Source of the DNA: a phage
DNA: 64,000 bases
Direction: 5' to 3' (one strand)
NCBI GenBank assembly: GCA_024682255.1
Contig: GCA_024682255.1_4716.1
This document shows, piece after piece, positions 1 to 9,103 of this stretch. A model generated the notes under the pieces. That model saw only the letters and a program-made list of their open reading frames with translations. It had not been told where the DNA came from and did no database searches. Both the position numbers and the translations under genes were made by a program. Numbering within the stretch: position 1 is the stretch's first letter; each line of letters begins with the position of its first letter.

Positions 1-325
1 TCGCATCACCGATAAACGACAACGAAAATCGAACTTCTCATCATGGCCGTAGTCTTCATGCATGAAAACTTCATCCAGAACGAACTCAAGTTGCATGTCG
101 ACATCACGACCAGAGATATTCCGTTTGTACAAATACAGTTCAATCGTGTCGTAAAGCAACGTATGAATATCATAATTTCCGTTCGGTGAGAAATAAGGCA
201 ATCGCTCATCGAGCATCGTAAACAGATATTCGCTGTAGTTTAATAACGGGATGATGTACCGACGCCCTGTCTGTGGTGTGCGAATATGTATCGAAACCTG
301 ACTTGGGCGCGGAATAACCGACGGC

Positions 326-955
326 TTAGAATCGTCTCTCTGAAATTGCTCTAAAGATCGCAACAAAGGTGGCCGCATTGTAACTCTCCAACGCCCAATT
401 GTAAGGCCCTTCCAACATGTGTTCCCATACGTGAATAAACTCACTACCGAAGACAGGCTCCAGCGCCATGGTGAGATTCGTAAGTTCTGACGCGGCCGCA
501 TGGTAAGCATCAACATGTCTTTCCATTGACGGATCGTCTTCATTGAAAATACGTTCTGTGTCGCCAGCCCGTTCAATAAGTTCGGTAATGAGATCTGTCC
601 ATGTCTCGTGACACGTCATCATTTCCTGTTCTCGACTTAGTATGCCGATGTCTGCGTGGACGCTGGACTCGAACCGGTCTAAAAGGACCCGAAGAACGTG
701 CACCTTGTCGATGTATTTCACCGTTATCCAAGAAAGCGGTTGCCACCGACTCAGCATCCATCCGGTACTCGGGAACCCCAAACTCATATAGTACGGGTTG
801 CACCGGACCGAAGACGGAGCGGCGTTGTTTAAATCGCTCCTTAAGGGCAAGGCCTTGTTTAATATAAACGGGTTCATTGGCGAGTTGTTCCGCTTTTCGT
901 TTTGCGTGAGCCAATCGAAGTTCTTCCAATTGCCCAAGCCATTCAAATTGTTCAT
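326..955 (-). CDS. hypothetical protein; C-terminal ~100 aa look coding, N-terminal part overlaps 573-1550 in another frame so true start is uncertain
   Basis: ORF track; protein-like composition in C-terminal half; overlap with neighbouring ORF. Confidence 0.35.
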   Translation of the reverse strand: MNNLNGLGNWKNFDWLTQNEKRNNSPMNPFILNKALPLRSDLNNAAPSSVRCNPYYMSLGFPSTGWMLSRWQPLSWITVKYIDKVHVLRVLLDRFESSVHADIGILSREQEMMTCHETWTDLITELIERAGDTERIFNEDDPSMERHVDAYHAAASELTNLTMALEPVFGSEFIHVWEHMLEGPYNWALESYNAATFVAIFRAISERRF

Positions 956-1550
956 CTGTTAGCTCCTGGGGACGTTCAACAATCGCGCCAGACGGGCAGA
1001 TATTGATCGTAATGTTAATTGACGGCATCGCCATCACTCGAGGATTACTATTACGTACACGGACAACGTGTTCGGTTGCTGATTTACGATCGACGCAATA
1101 CTCTGTTTCTTGGAACTCAAATGCTTTTAACGGCGTTGGTTTTGTTTGACGTTTAGGAACGCGGCCAAGATCAACAATATAGGCATAATCGCACACACGT
1201 TCTATTCCGTAAATACGGTTATCCGACCAGTTCTTACCAAACAGCTTATTGTGATGATAAGACAGATATTCGGTTACCATACCCTGGACAACATCGAAGT
1301 CTTCTCGAAATTCAGGTTGGTACCAAATCGGGCCGAGAATATCTGCGAACGATTCATGACGATATCGAGGATCATGTCGAGTCCAGGTCATTCTCTGATT
1401 AAGATCGAAATCCACCAACAGCTCGGTTAATTGCAATTTTTCCTTCGGAGAAAGCTGGCGTTGATGATGCAAACTCAGACAATCGATAAGCGGTAATGAA
1501 ACCCACGATGCTAATGTGTACAAATCGATCCTGGCTAATCTCTTGGTCAT
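573..1550 (-). CDS. hypothetical protein (Arg-rich C-terminus may be out-of-frame read-through)
   Basis: 325-aa ORF, no recognisable motif. Confidence 0.45.
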   Translation of the reverse strand: MTKRLARIDLYTLASWVSLPLIDCLSLHHQRQLSPKEKLQLTELLVDFDLNQRMTWTRHDPRYRHESFADILGPIWYQPEFREDFDVVQGMVTEYLSYHHNKLFGKNWSDNRIYGIERVCDYAYIVDLGRVPKRQTKPTPLKAFEFQETEYCVDRKSATEHVVRVRNSNPRVMAMPSINITINICPSGAIVERPQELTDEQFEWLGQLEELRLAHAKRKAEQLANEPVYIKQGLALKERFKQRRSVFGPVQPVLYEFGVPEYRMDAESVATAFLDNGEIHRQGARSSGPFRPVRVQRPRRHRHTKSRTGNDDVSRDMDRSHYRTY

Positions 1551-1641
1551 ACTCTTTTCCTAAGTCCCCATTGTTTATACACACGATATCTGGGAATAGT
1601 TAAAATATACGGCGTAAAACGAAGCAGGAGAGTTTCTGACG

Positions 1642-1962
1642 TCATTTTCTCCCTCTTCGAATACCACCGATACCTCTTTCGTCTAAGACGTCCCAAGCAC
1701 GCTTTATTTCATCCTCCGTTGCTCTGGTATCTGGAGGGACAACCATAACACAGTCGTGGAATGGCCAATGTGCAGGTCTGGGGTTAGCGAACAAATCATC
1801 CCATTCAAATGTCCATTCTTTCTTTGAGCGATTGTAGTAGAGCGTAAGGTACGTGTTGGTATATGCTGGATAACCACGCATAACTTCAATATCCTTACGA
1901 TCTTGCCGTTCCTGATTCCAATCGTTAAACCGCTTTCTTATTTTCTCCCACCATTTTCCCAT
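1642..1962 (-). CDS. hypothetical protein
   Basis: 106-aa ORF; AGGAGA Shine-Dalgarno upstream of ATG; preceded by hairpin+TTTTATGCCG element. Confidence 0.5.
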   Translation of the reverse strand: MGKWWEKIRKRFNDWNQERQDRKDIEVMRGYPAYTNTYLTLYYNRSKKEWTFEWDDLFANPRPAHWPFHDCVMVVPPDTRATEDEIKRAWDVLDERGIGGIRRGRK

Positions 1963-1984
1963 GCTTTCTCCTACGCGGCATAAA

Positions 1985-2006
1985 AGCCTGCCCCGAAGGA
2001 CAGGCT
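1985..2006 (-). terminator. GC-rich hairpin (agcctg...caggct) followed on minus strand by TTTTATGCCG; same element as 62642-62665 in opposite orientation
   Basis: inverted repeat read directly; 28-nt identity to reverse complement of 62640-62668. Confidence 0.5.
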
Positions 2007-2015
2007 CGATAGAAC

Positions 2016-2216
2016 TTAACGACCATCCAATTTCAATGAAGGATGGTTGACGATATGTGCGTGTTTTGCTGGGTCATATAGCTGATATGGAAAATAGCCA
2101 TGCCATTGACGGCCTTGGCATTTCGTACACAAGAACTGACCAGCAGCTTGTCGATTCTCGTAAGCGAGTTCGGTACTATCAACATGACCGCAACGTTCGC
2201 AGATAAACAGCGACAT
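2016..2216 (-). CDS. small zinc-ribbon-like protein (two CxxC pairs)
   Basis: CERCGH ... CTKCQG cysteine pairs in 66-aa ORF. Confidence 0.5.
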   Translation of the reverse strand: MSLFICERCGHVDSTELAYENRQAAGQFLCTKCQGRQWHGYFPYQLYDPAKHAHIVNHPSLKLDGR

Positions 2217-2253
2217 AGCGCATCCCCATTCACTTGAACCTTTTGGTTCGGCA

Positions 2254-3234
2254 TTAGAAAAGCAAGAAACCGCTATTCTTCGCTTCCGCTACAGTTTCGT
2301 CACCAACTTTCGGTGCTTGTTGACGTGCGTTACGATGTTCGATGTAACGTTTCGCTTCGTCCGCGATCTGTTTGATAATACCCCCTAAACGATCGGTACT
2401 TAAAACAAACGACGTCGCTTCACGAATTGGGCTGCTTTCAGGCACAAAACCATCACAGCTGTAAATAGCGCTAACACCCATGACTTTGGTCGCGTCTTTC
2501 GGATAAAGCGTACAGAAAGCAATCGGGCTATCGTTCTCTTTCGTCCAATCGTATCCCATGAACGTATTCAGTTCGGTGATCGTTGGTTCCAAACCGGTAA
2601 CACGTGGATGGTTTAAGAAGTTTTCCAGGTCGGCGCTGTCAAGACGGCGGTTCTCGCCAGAAAACAGAACACAAAGCTGGCTGATAACAACCTGCACGTC
2701 CAGGTTGACATCCTGCTCCGATTTCCCATTTTCGCCATTCATGTGATAGCTAACAATCACTGGACGTTTCAACCCTTCTGCAGCAGCCATCAGTCCTTTG
2801 AAGGTGCGATCGGCGTTGATGGTTTGGCGTTCATCATCGAACGAGGCGACGATACAACACACCACACGTTCACCGCGTTCCAGCAGATTAGCAACCAACG
2901 CAGGACCGGCAACAGAACCTGAACCACCGCTCAAACTAAAGACCACGATATTAAATTTACCTGGTGTATGCTTATTGAGAATACCTGGGATTTGCGAGCA
3001 GATCAGTTCAGCGTTCTCGTCACGCTTCTTACCGGAACCGTCTAACTCACGACCAGCTGCATCTTTAAAGATGTAAATATGATCGTCGCCCAGTGTGCTA
3101 TCGCGTAGGTTAGCGCGGCTGGTATCAACATACGTCATGCTGTGTAATCCTTTCGCGACTTCGCCTTCAAATGCTGAGCCGATTTCGCCACCACAACCAC
3201 CAACAGCCCAAATATGTACTTGGTTCTCTTGCAT
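2254..3234 (-). CDS. phuZ: tubulin/FtsZ-superfamily GTPase, PhuZ-like phage tubulin
   Basis: N-terminal GGCGGEIG resembles tubulin T1 loop GQCGNQIG; SLSGGSGSVAG resembles tubulin signature GGGTGSG; ~326 aa as phage PhuZ; AGGAG SD. Confidence 0.65.
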   Translation of the reverse strand: MQENQVHIWAVGGCGGEIGSAFEGEVAKGLHSMTYVDTSRANLRDSTLGDDHIYIFKDAAGRELDGSGKKRDENAELICSQIPGILNKHTPGKFNIVVFSLSGGSGSVAGPALVANLLERGERVVCCIVASFDDERQTINADRTFKGLMAAAEGLKRPVIVSYHMNGENGKSEQDVNLDVQVVISQLCVLFSGENRRLDSADLENFLNHPRVTGLEPTITELNTFMGYDWTKENDSPIAFCTLYPKDATKVMGVSAIYSCDGFVPESSPIREATSFVLSTDRLGGIIKQIADEAKRYIEHRNARQQAPKVGDETVAEAKNSGFLLF

Positions 3235-3298
3235 GTGAACTCCTAACTTAATATGTATTTAACGCACAATGAATCTTTCTTTGCTAAAGGGGTGACCC

Positions 3299-4141
3299 AT
3301 GGGTGCTATTGACTACAGTGTAGATCGTATCTGTCGTACAATACCGGCAGATATCCTACAGTATTGCTATATCGATCGTTACGACTGGCGTAATCGCTAT
3401 CCTCGTTCCGTAGAAGACATCATTACCGATTGGGTAATCCGTAAACGGGTTATCGGCGACATCGATATCTACGGGGGACTACAAACCGTTATCCCCCTCG
3501 ATGATGCCGGTGTCACTATCGAAGAAGTCACCATTAACTGTTATGTTTTCCACATCCCGTTGGAAGCCACACAGGGACGTTATATCACGTCTGCATTATC
3601 CATTATTTCAGGGAGCGTGAACAACTACGGAATAAACTATAACGGGCAATGGGGTGCTTTCAACCAAACCCAGTTTCAACGTCAGCTTTGTGGGTGGAAC
3701 CCCGCAAGCAACACGTTACAGCAAGGGATGAACGCGTTCGGTCCCATGAACGTTCTTAGTACAGCCAACGTTGATATCATCGCCCCTAACACCATCATGG
3801 TGAACAACGTCACGCCTGTACAATTTCCCCTGAGTCTACGTTGTTTCCTTGCCCACGATCCGGAACTTACCAACCTCAGCATGGAGGTTTGGAACGACTT
3901 TTACAAACTCTGTTTATACGCCACACAAAGCGACATCTACAACAGAACCGTTATCCGTCTTGACAGAGGTGTTACAGCACAAGGACAAGAAGTCGGTGCA
4001 TTCAAGGAATACATCGATCGCTTTGCTGATGCTGAAAACACATATCAAGAATTCCTGAACGAAACGTGGGCGGGCGTTGCTGCCTGGAACGATCCACAAA
4101 CTAAACGTCGCGCTATTCGTTTGCAAACCGGTTACTTCTGA
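3299..4141 (+). CDS. hypothetical protein
   Basis: 280-aa ORF; followed by hairpin. Confidence 0.5.
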   Translation: MGAIDYSVDRICRTIPADILQYCYIDRYDWRNRYPRSVEDIITDWVIRKRVIGDIDIYGGLQTVIPLDDAGVTIEEVTINCYVFHIPLEATQGRYITSALSIISGSVNNYGINYNGQWGAFNQTQFQRQLCGWNPASNTLQQGMNAFGPMNVLSTANVDIIAPNTIMVNNVTPVQFPLSLRCFLAHDPELTNLSMEVWNDFYKLCLYATQSDIYNRTVIRLDRGVTAQGQEVGAFKEYIDRFADAENTYQEFLNETWAGVAAWNDPQTKRRAIRLQTGYF

Positions 4142-4668
4142 TTAACAACAGCTTCCTCCCTCGGTGTTTTTGAGGGAGGTATTTGCCGCTTGAACACTTT
4201 CAGCACGTTCGCAAATTCAGCAGCAATAATACAGGCCGAGGTTGATAGCTTATTGCTGAAAATGAGATCGTCCGGTAAACAATCGAACTGAATACCGTAT
4301 TGCGTCTTTGTCTCATCAACGATCAATGATGGTGTCGATCTTGTCTTCGCGATATCGGTGATATACAAACGTAAAAATAATTCACCGTCTTCGCTATCCA
4401 TAAAACGATAGGTGTTACCAGAAAACGCAACACATGGCGTAACGATAAATTGAACACGATCGTCGATCGGATGGATATTTAACCAACGTTCGATATCACT
4501 GCTACTCACATTCCGCATATTTACTACGGTAAAAGCAAATAGCGTATCGTGATGTTTGGAATAATGCAGCACATACGCCGCACCTTTCTTCCTGTGAATC
4601 CCTTCAATGTATTCTATTGTCGTATAGCCGGATTTATATAGCTTTACTTGCGGTTTCTCACTCATCAT
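4132..4668 (-). CDS. hypothetical protein (start moved to internal ATG overlapping upstream stop, TGATG)
   Basis: ORF track 4132-4749; ATGATGA start/stop overlap with upstream gene. Confidence 0.45.
   Translation of the reverse strand: MMSEKPQVKLYKSGYTTIEYIEGIHRKKGAAYVLHYSKHHDTLFAFTVVNMRNVSSSDIERWLNIHPIDDRVQFIVTPCVAFSGNTYRFMDSEDGELFLRLYITDIAKTRSTPSLIVDETKTQYGIQFDCLPDDLIFSNKLSTSACIIAAEFANVLKVFKRQIPPSKTPREEAVVNQK
4155..4179 (+). terminator. hairpin cctccctc/gagggagg followed by TATTTGCCG
   Basis: inverted repeat directly after stop of 3299-4141. Confidence 0.45.
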
Positions 4669-4964
4669 AACAACCCTTCCCGTTTCATCGCAGCACGCAT
4701 ACTTGCGTAAAGCGCATTCTTCATTGCACCTGGACGCAACGGATAACAAATCTCATATCGACGTCCTTGTTTTACAGCAATTTTCCTTCCATTCAGAAAC
4801 AACGTGCCATTATCCAGCAACAACTCACCTTGTAGTATCATGAGTCCTGCTTTAACATGACGTCCTTCTTCTTTCGTTAAGACCTTATAGCCATGTTTAT
4901 CCAATAACCACAATTCGTAGATACCACGCGCAGCCTTCGGCATTACTTTCTTCTTCGTCGTCAT
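4665..4964 (-). CDS. hypothetical protein
   Basis: 99-aa ORF in operon-like array. Confidence 0.45.
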   Translation of the reverse strand: MTTKKKVMPKAARGIYELWLLDKHGYKVLTKEEGRHVKAGLMILQGELLLDNGTLFLNGRKIAVKQGRRYEICYPLRPGAMKNALYASMRAAMKREGLL

Positions 4965-4976
4965 GGAAGATCCTCC

Positions 4977-5351
4977 TTAAACTCCTTGTCGGATCATCAC
5001 CAACCGGAGCATGTTGTATTCCAATGTAGCGCTTTCTAATTCGAATTCATATCGATACCAGAAATTCGGCTCTAATTGACCTACAACACATTTACGAACA
5101 TCTGTCTGCACCTTCCTCGACAACACCTGTAACAGTTGTGTTATCTCCGGCTTGAAGTAATACGCCAAACCTAACTGATCAGAATAAAACAGGCCACAAT
5201 CAAAGATGGCCTGTAAAATAACATATTCAACCATCAGGTGACGCGCATCGGGGTCAGGGAATGGCGAACGTAAAGCGAGGTCTAACACATCGACGATTGG
5301 GCCGACATAAATGGCGGCGCGGTACTCACGAATAACACTGATGTTATCCAT
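4977..5351 (-). CDS. hypothetical protein
   Basis: 124-aa ORF. Confidence 0.45.
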   Translation of the reverse strand: MDNISVIREYRAAIYVGPIVDVLDLALRSPFPDPDARHLMVEYVILQAIFDCGLFYSDQLGLAYYFKPEITQLLQVLSRKVQTDVRKCVVGQLEPNFWYRYEFELESATLEYNMLRLVMIRQGV

Positions 5352-5364
5352 GGTAGCCTATTCA

Positions 5365-6189
5365 TTAACTATCGCTTTCTGATGTATCGACGTAGTTGAA
5401 AATACGATCCCGTAAACACTCGTAACGAGGCAACGCGCTAAGAATGATCATCTTCAACTGCATCGCGATCGATATGCGTTCTTCATCCGATGCATCATCT
5501 CCCCATTTACCCGGCTTAACCTGAATAGGTTCATGCGGATCCTGCGGGAATATAAAACTTAACAACAGATAATCCGTGCGGAACTCCCACACTTCTCGAC
5601 CGTCGTTATCGGTTTCTTTACGCAACGTGAAGAGTTGACGTTCGGTGGTTGGATCCAGCATCAGCGGTCGACCACGAACGATCTCCAGTTTACGTGGGCT
5701 GACGAACGTCGTACGTTCAGGAAGGTATTTTTCAACATCATCCGTATCCAACAAGAACAAAATGATGTCGTCGAAATACTTCGGTGCGTACGTGTGTATC
5801 GGTTCACCGTCGCTATACGAAGAGATCTCTTGGAGTATTGGTGTCTTAGACGAAAAGTTCTGGCATGAACCACGGGTGATCGGTAAGGTGGTCCATTGAT
5901 GTTCTGTAGACAATTCAACAGGCACCAACGGATAATCATCGATGAATACCACACACGTTGTACTAATGGGTATTCTTCCATCATTGCCGGGTTCAAAAAC
6001 CAAACGTATCTTACCAGTAATCAGCGCCATCTCGTCCGGCATTAAATGGCTTGCTGACCGGGCAAGTCTGAAACCGGCCGCCTGTTTATAAGGTTCAGGT
6101 TTATAGCCACGGACAATAAGAGAGACATCCGCAAGTTCAACGCTCACGAATACATCTTTGGTGTCTTCATTGTTCGTCGTTAACGTCAT
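5365..6189 (-). CDS. hypothetical protein
   Basis: 274-aa ORF. Confidence 0.5.
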   Translation of the reverse strand: MTLTTNNEDTKDVFVSVELADVSLIVRGYKPEPYKQAAGFRLARSASHLMPDEMALITGKIRLVFEPGNDGRIPISTTCVVFIDDYPLVPVELSTEHQWTTLPITRGSCQNFSSKTPILQEISSYSDGEPIHTYAPKYFDDIILFLLDTDDVEKYLPERTTFVSPRKLEIVRGRPLMLDPTTERQLFTLRKETDNDGREVWEFRTDYLLLSFIFPQDPHEPIQVKPGKWGDDASDEERISIAMQLKMIILSALPRYECLRDRIFNYVDTSESDS

Positions 6190-7204
6190 TGTTCATTTTC
6201 TCCATTGCAACGAATCGTTCAAGCTCGCGTAATAAACGCTCTTTTAACGCAGGATCAACTTCCGGAGCATGTTTATCACGATACCACTCTGTCCCGTTGT
6301 ATTGCAGGCTAACATGCCATGTTCCTAACGGGCTTTCCTCTGCAGCAGCGATGAAATTCTTAACGCCGGTTTTGGTAGGATACTCCATGATAGGAACGGC
6401 CTGCTTCAGATCCATTACGGTAAGATCCTGGAAGTTATAATCCAGAAGCGTTAATGCGCGTTTGTCGCGTAGCAGTAGCCCGCAATCTAAGATGGTGAAA
6501 TCGATACCCCAGAAACGTAACTTGCCTCCAACTCCAACAGGAGTGTGGCCACGATAAACCGCGAGATAAATCTCACCTTTATCGGTTTCCTTGTTGTACC
6601 CAGCAATGAACGCCGCTGTAATTAATGGTTGATGTCCTTTCGCTAAGAAGACAGGGTGGTTATGATACAACCAGTCACTACGAATCAGATCGGTAACCTG
6701 ACCTAAACGTGCTGTTGGTACCATCACCGATCCCAGAGTCTCATCAACAGGAACCTCGTAATATTCAAACAGAACGCCATCGATTTCTTCGGTAGCGTAA
6801 GGCGTACGTGTAGGATCGTTAAGGAGTTTACGGAGTTTTGTGTCGATTTCGTTAACACGGCTACCCTGTTCTTTCTCACGACTACCGATAACAAAAGCAA
6901 CAAGATTGCGCACGCTAACAAAAACATCATCTTTCTCGGTGTCGCTGAGATCAGCTTCATCCGGCATTGTTGTCCAATGTAACGGACCTTCAACGACCTT
7001 AAGCCATTTATCTTCACGTTCAGGATAAACAAAAGGCTTATGCACAGGAACACTGGTATGCTGAACCCGTAATAACAGGTTACATAACGATGGCAATGTT
7101 TTCTCCAGAGGAGGGACAATACCTGATGTAACGGAAATAACGTAACGATTAAGAACAAGAGAAGCTGAATAGGTGATGTTATCTAATCCTGGTAATTGAT
7201 CCAT
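6167..7204 (-). CDS. hypothetical protein
   Basis: 345-aa ORF; AT-rich 300-bp region upstream. Confidence 0.5.
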   Translation of the reverse strand: MDQLPGLDNITYSASLVLNRYVISVTSGIVPPLEKTLPSLCNLLLRVQHTSVPVHKPFVYPEREDKWLKVVEGPLHWTTMPDEADLSDTEKDDVFVSVRNLVAFVIGSREKEQGSRVNEIDTKLRKLLNDPTRTPYATEEIDGVLFEYYEVPVDETLGSVMVPTARLGQVTDLIRSDWLYHNHPVFLAKGHQPLITAAFIAGYNKETDKGEIYLAVYRGHTPVGVGGKLRFWGIDFTILDCGLLLRDKRALTLLDYNFQDLTVMDLKQAVPIMEYPTKTGVKNFIAAAEESPLGTWHVSLQYNGTEWYRDKHAPEVDPALKERLLRELERFVAMEKMNNDVNDEQ

Positions 7205-7459
7205 GATAAGAATCCTTAGTATGTTTGATATGTTGTTTAATTAACATATTAAGTTTAAAAGAGGTTATGTTTTACGTATTGTTAATAACGTATTCTTATC
7301 TCTATTAGGTTATGTTCTATCTAAAGATAGTAAACAGATATAATGCTCCCCACCTCCCCATTCTCCCAAGTAATACTGGCCTACCGGCCCTCTCCTTTTT
7401 AAGGGAGAGAGTAAGCATTCAGTATTGCTCAAATGAATAAGCAAAACAGTATAAACTTA

Positions 7460-7483
7460 CCGTCTCGAGTTGTCTCGAGACGG
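7460..7483 (-). terminator. perfect 10-bp stem hairpin ccgtctcgag-ttgt-ctcgagacgg downstream of 7513-7866
   Basis: inverted repeat read directly. Confidence 0.4.
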
Positions 7484-7512
7484 TGTAGTAGTATCTGTTT
7501 ATCTCTTTTATG

Positions 7513-7866
7513 TTAACAGCCTATTTCTGCATGAACCTTTAACGATTCGAATACATCTTCCTTCTTTATCATCGTCTTGTATAAACGTGATTGAGCAATG
7601 ATCTTTATCCATTGTTGCGGATCGTGTAAACTCACATTTTCAAAACGGGGTGGGGTATTAGCTCCATCGAGTCGGATGTACCCTAAGAGCAATCCTTCAT
7701 GGTCTCCTCGACGGATTTCGATATGTGGTTTGAGGAAGGTATGATTGTCTGGTGGATACCAGCTTACGGTGTAGTAATGGTTTCCTGAAACAACGAATTC
7801 GTGAACGGTTTTTGTTTCATCATCAATGACCGCATTTACGCTGGGAATCATTAATTTTTGAAGCAC
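7513..7866 (-). CDS. hypothetical protein
   Basis: 117-aa ORF. Confidence 0.45.
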   Translation of the reverse strand: MLQKLMIPSVNAVIDDETKTVHEFVVSGNHYYTVSWYPPDNHTFLKPHIEIRRGDHEGLLLGYIRLDGANTPPRFENVSLHDPQQWIKIIAQSRLYKTMIKKEDVFESLKVHAEIGC

Positions 7867-8450
7867 GGGACATAAACCTCCATCAACATCGCATAAAGCG
7901 CACCAAGCCCATGCAGGACTTGGTTAGGTGCAAAGGTCGGTGCGTAACATACTTGTTCGGTTGGTGCTTGCTGACGTAAGTCTAACGGATCCCCGTTGAT
8001 AAGCATCTGTAGGAGATCAGCATCATCTTGCAATGTGTCTTCATCGATGTATGCGTCAACACAAAGCAGTCGGTGTAACTGTTCTGGTTTAATTGAAATA
8101 CCTACAACCATGCAGTTGTTGTAGGTGGCGTTGTCCAGAAAGAAGTGGATGACGCCCGCTTGAGGATCGCCACCGTAATGGAGCCAACGCGTAAAACCGG
8201 CCGACATCATCCATAGCGGGTTGTGTTGTAACGCGCTGACGACGCGGGTCTCGAAATCCAAACCAAACTTCTGGAAGATCGCACCCATCTGGAAACGATC
8301 TTCATCGAGACGGTAGCGGAATATACAAGCATCCGATCCCGTTGAGTTATCATACACCGAAAGATACCCACGATGGATTTCCACGGTAACATTGTTGTCG
8401 TCAAGCGTAGCGCTCGCAACGCCGTTAGAAAAGGTTGGAACAAAGCTCAT
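7851..8450 (-). CDS. hypothetical protein
   Basis: 199-aa ORF, start overlaps upstream gene end. Confidence 0.45.
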   Translation of the reverse strand: MSFVPTFSNGVASATLDDNNVTVEIHRGYLSVYDNSTGSDACIFRYRLDEDRFQMGAIFQKFGLDFETRVVSALQHNPLWMMSAGFTRWLHYGGDPQAGVIHFFLDNATYNNCMVVGISIKPEQLHRLLCVDAYIDEDTLQDDADLLQMLINGDPLDLRQQAPTEQVCYAPTFAPNQVLHGLGALYAMLMEVYVPCFKN

Positions 8451-8998
8451 CTTGTAATCCTTAATTTACCTGAATGAATTATCGTTGATGGGTCCACGAC
8501 GCGACCGTATTTCGCGTTACGTAATACACGATGCCCGAAGAAGTCAGCGGTTTCCAAAACAACCGTGTAACAACCCAGCTGATGTTGATGCCCCCAAAAC
8601 CGTTCAATGGGAATCCAGCAGGGCGACATGCCTTTGTGTCGCCAATCCGTAACACAACCGAATTCAGCAAACTGTTCAGTAAACCACTCGTCAATGTCGG
8701 TATCCGTAAAGAGAAATACGTGGTTTTTAACCAGATAAGCGAACCCAGGATAAAAAAGCTGAGGGTCATCCGGGTCACGTAGATAAATACGAAGTTTGTC
8801 TAGCGTACCCTCGATAACGATCGTATCGGGTAATCCTGGCGGCGTGAACCGAAGTTGGAAGTTATCCTCGTTTGCCGAGGCGTTAACCAAATACCCCAGT
8901 TGAAGGGGTCGATGCAGTTCGAAAAGGTTAAACGTTAATGCATATTCGATATACTCTAATCCTATATTCATGTCTGACCTATGTGGTATGGACGGCAT
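8447..8998 (-). CDS. hypothetical protein
   Basis: 183-aa ORF. Confidence 0.45.
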   Translation of the reverse strand: MPSIPHRSDMNIGLEYIEYALTFNLFELHRPLQLGYLVNASANEDNFQLRFTPPGLPDTIVIEGTLDKLRIYLRDPDDPQLFYPGFAYLVKNHVFLFTDTDIDEWFTEQFAEFGCVTDWRHKGMSPCWIPIERFWGHQHQLGCYTVVLETADFFGHRVLRNAKYGRVVDPSTIIHSGKLRITR

Positions 8999-9103
8999 TG
9001 CATTGCCTTCCGCGAGTGTAATCAGGAAGGTAATGTAGGTTTATTTTAATCTCCATTTCGCGATGATATGACAGTCTTTATTACGTTTACCATCTGAGGG
9101 AGC

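Noticed and set aside
6-209. 67-aa minus-strand ORF at the window edge
   Set aside because: Cys-rich low-complexity translation and no RBS; the window edge prevents judging whether a longer gene runs through here.
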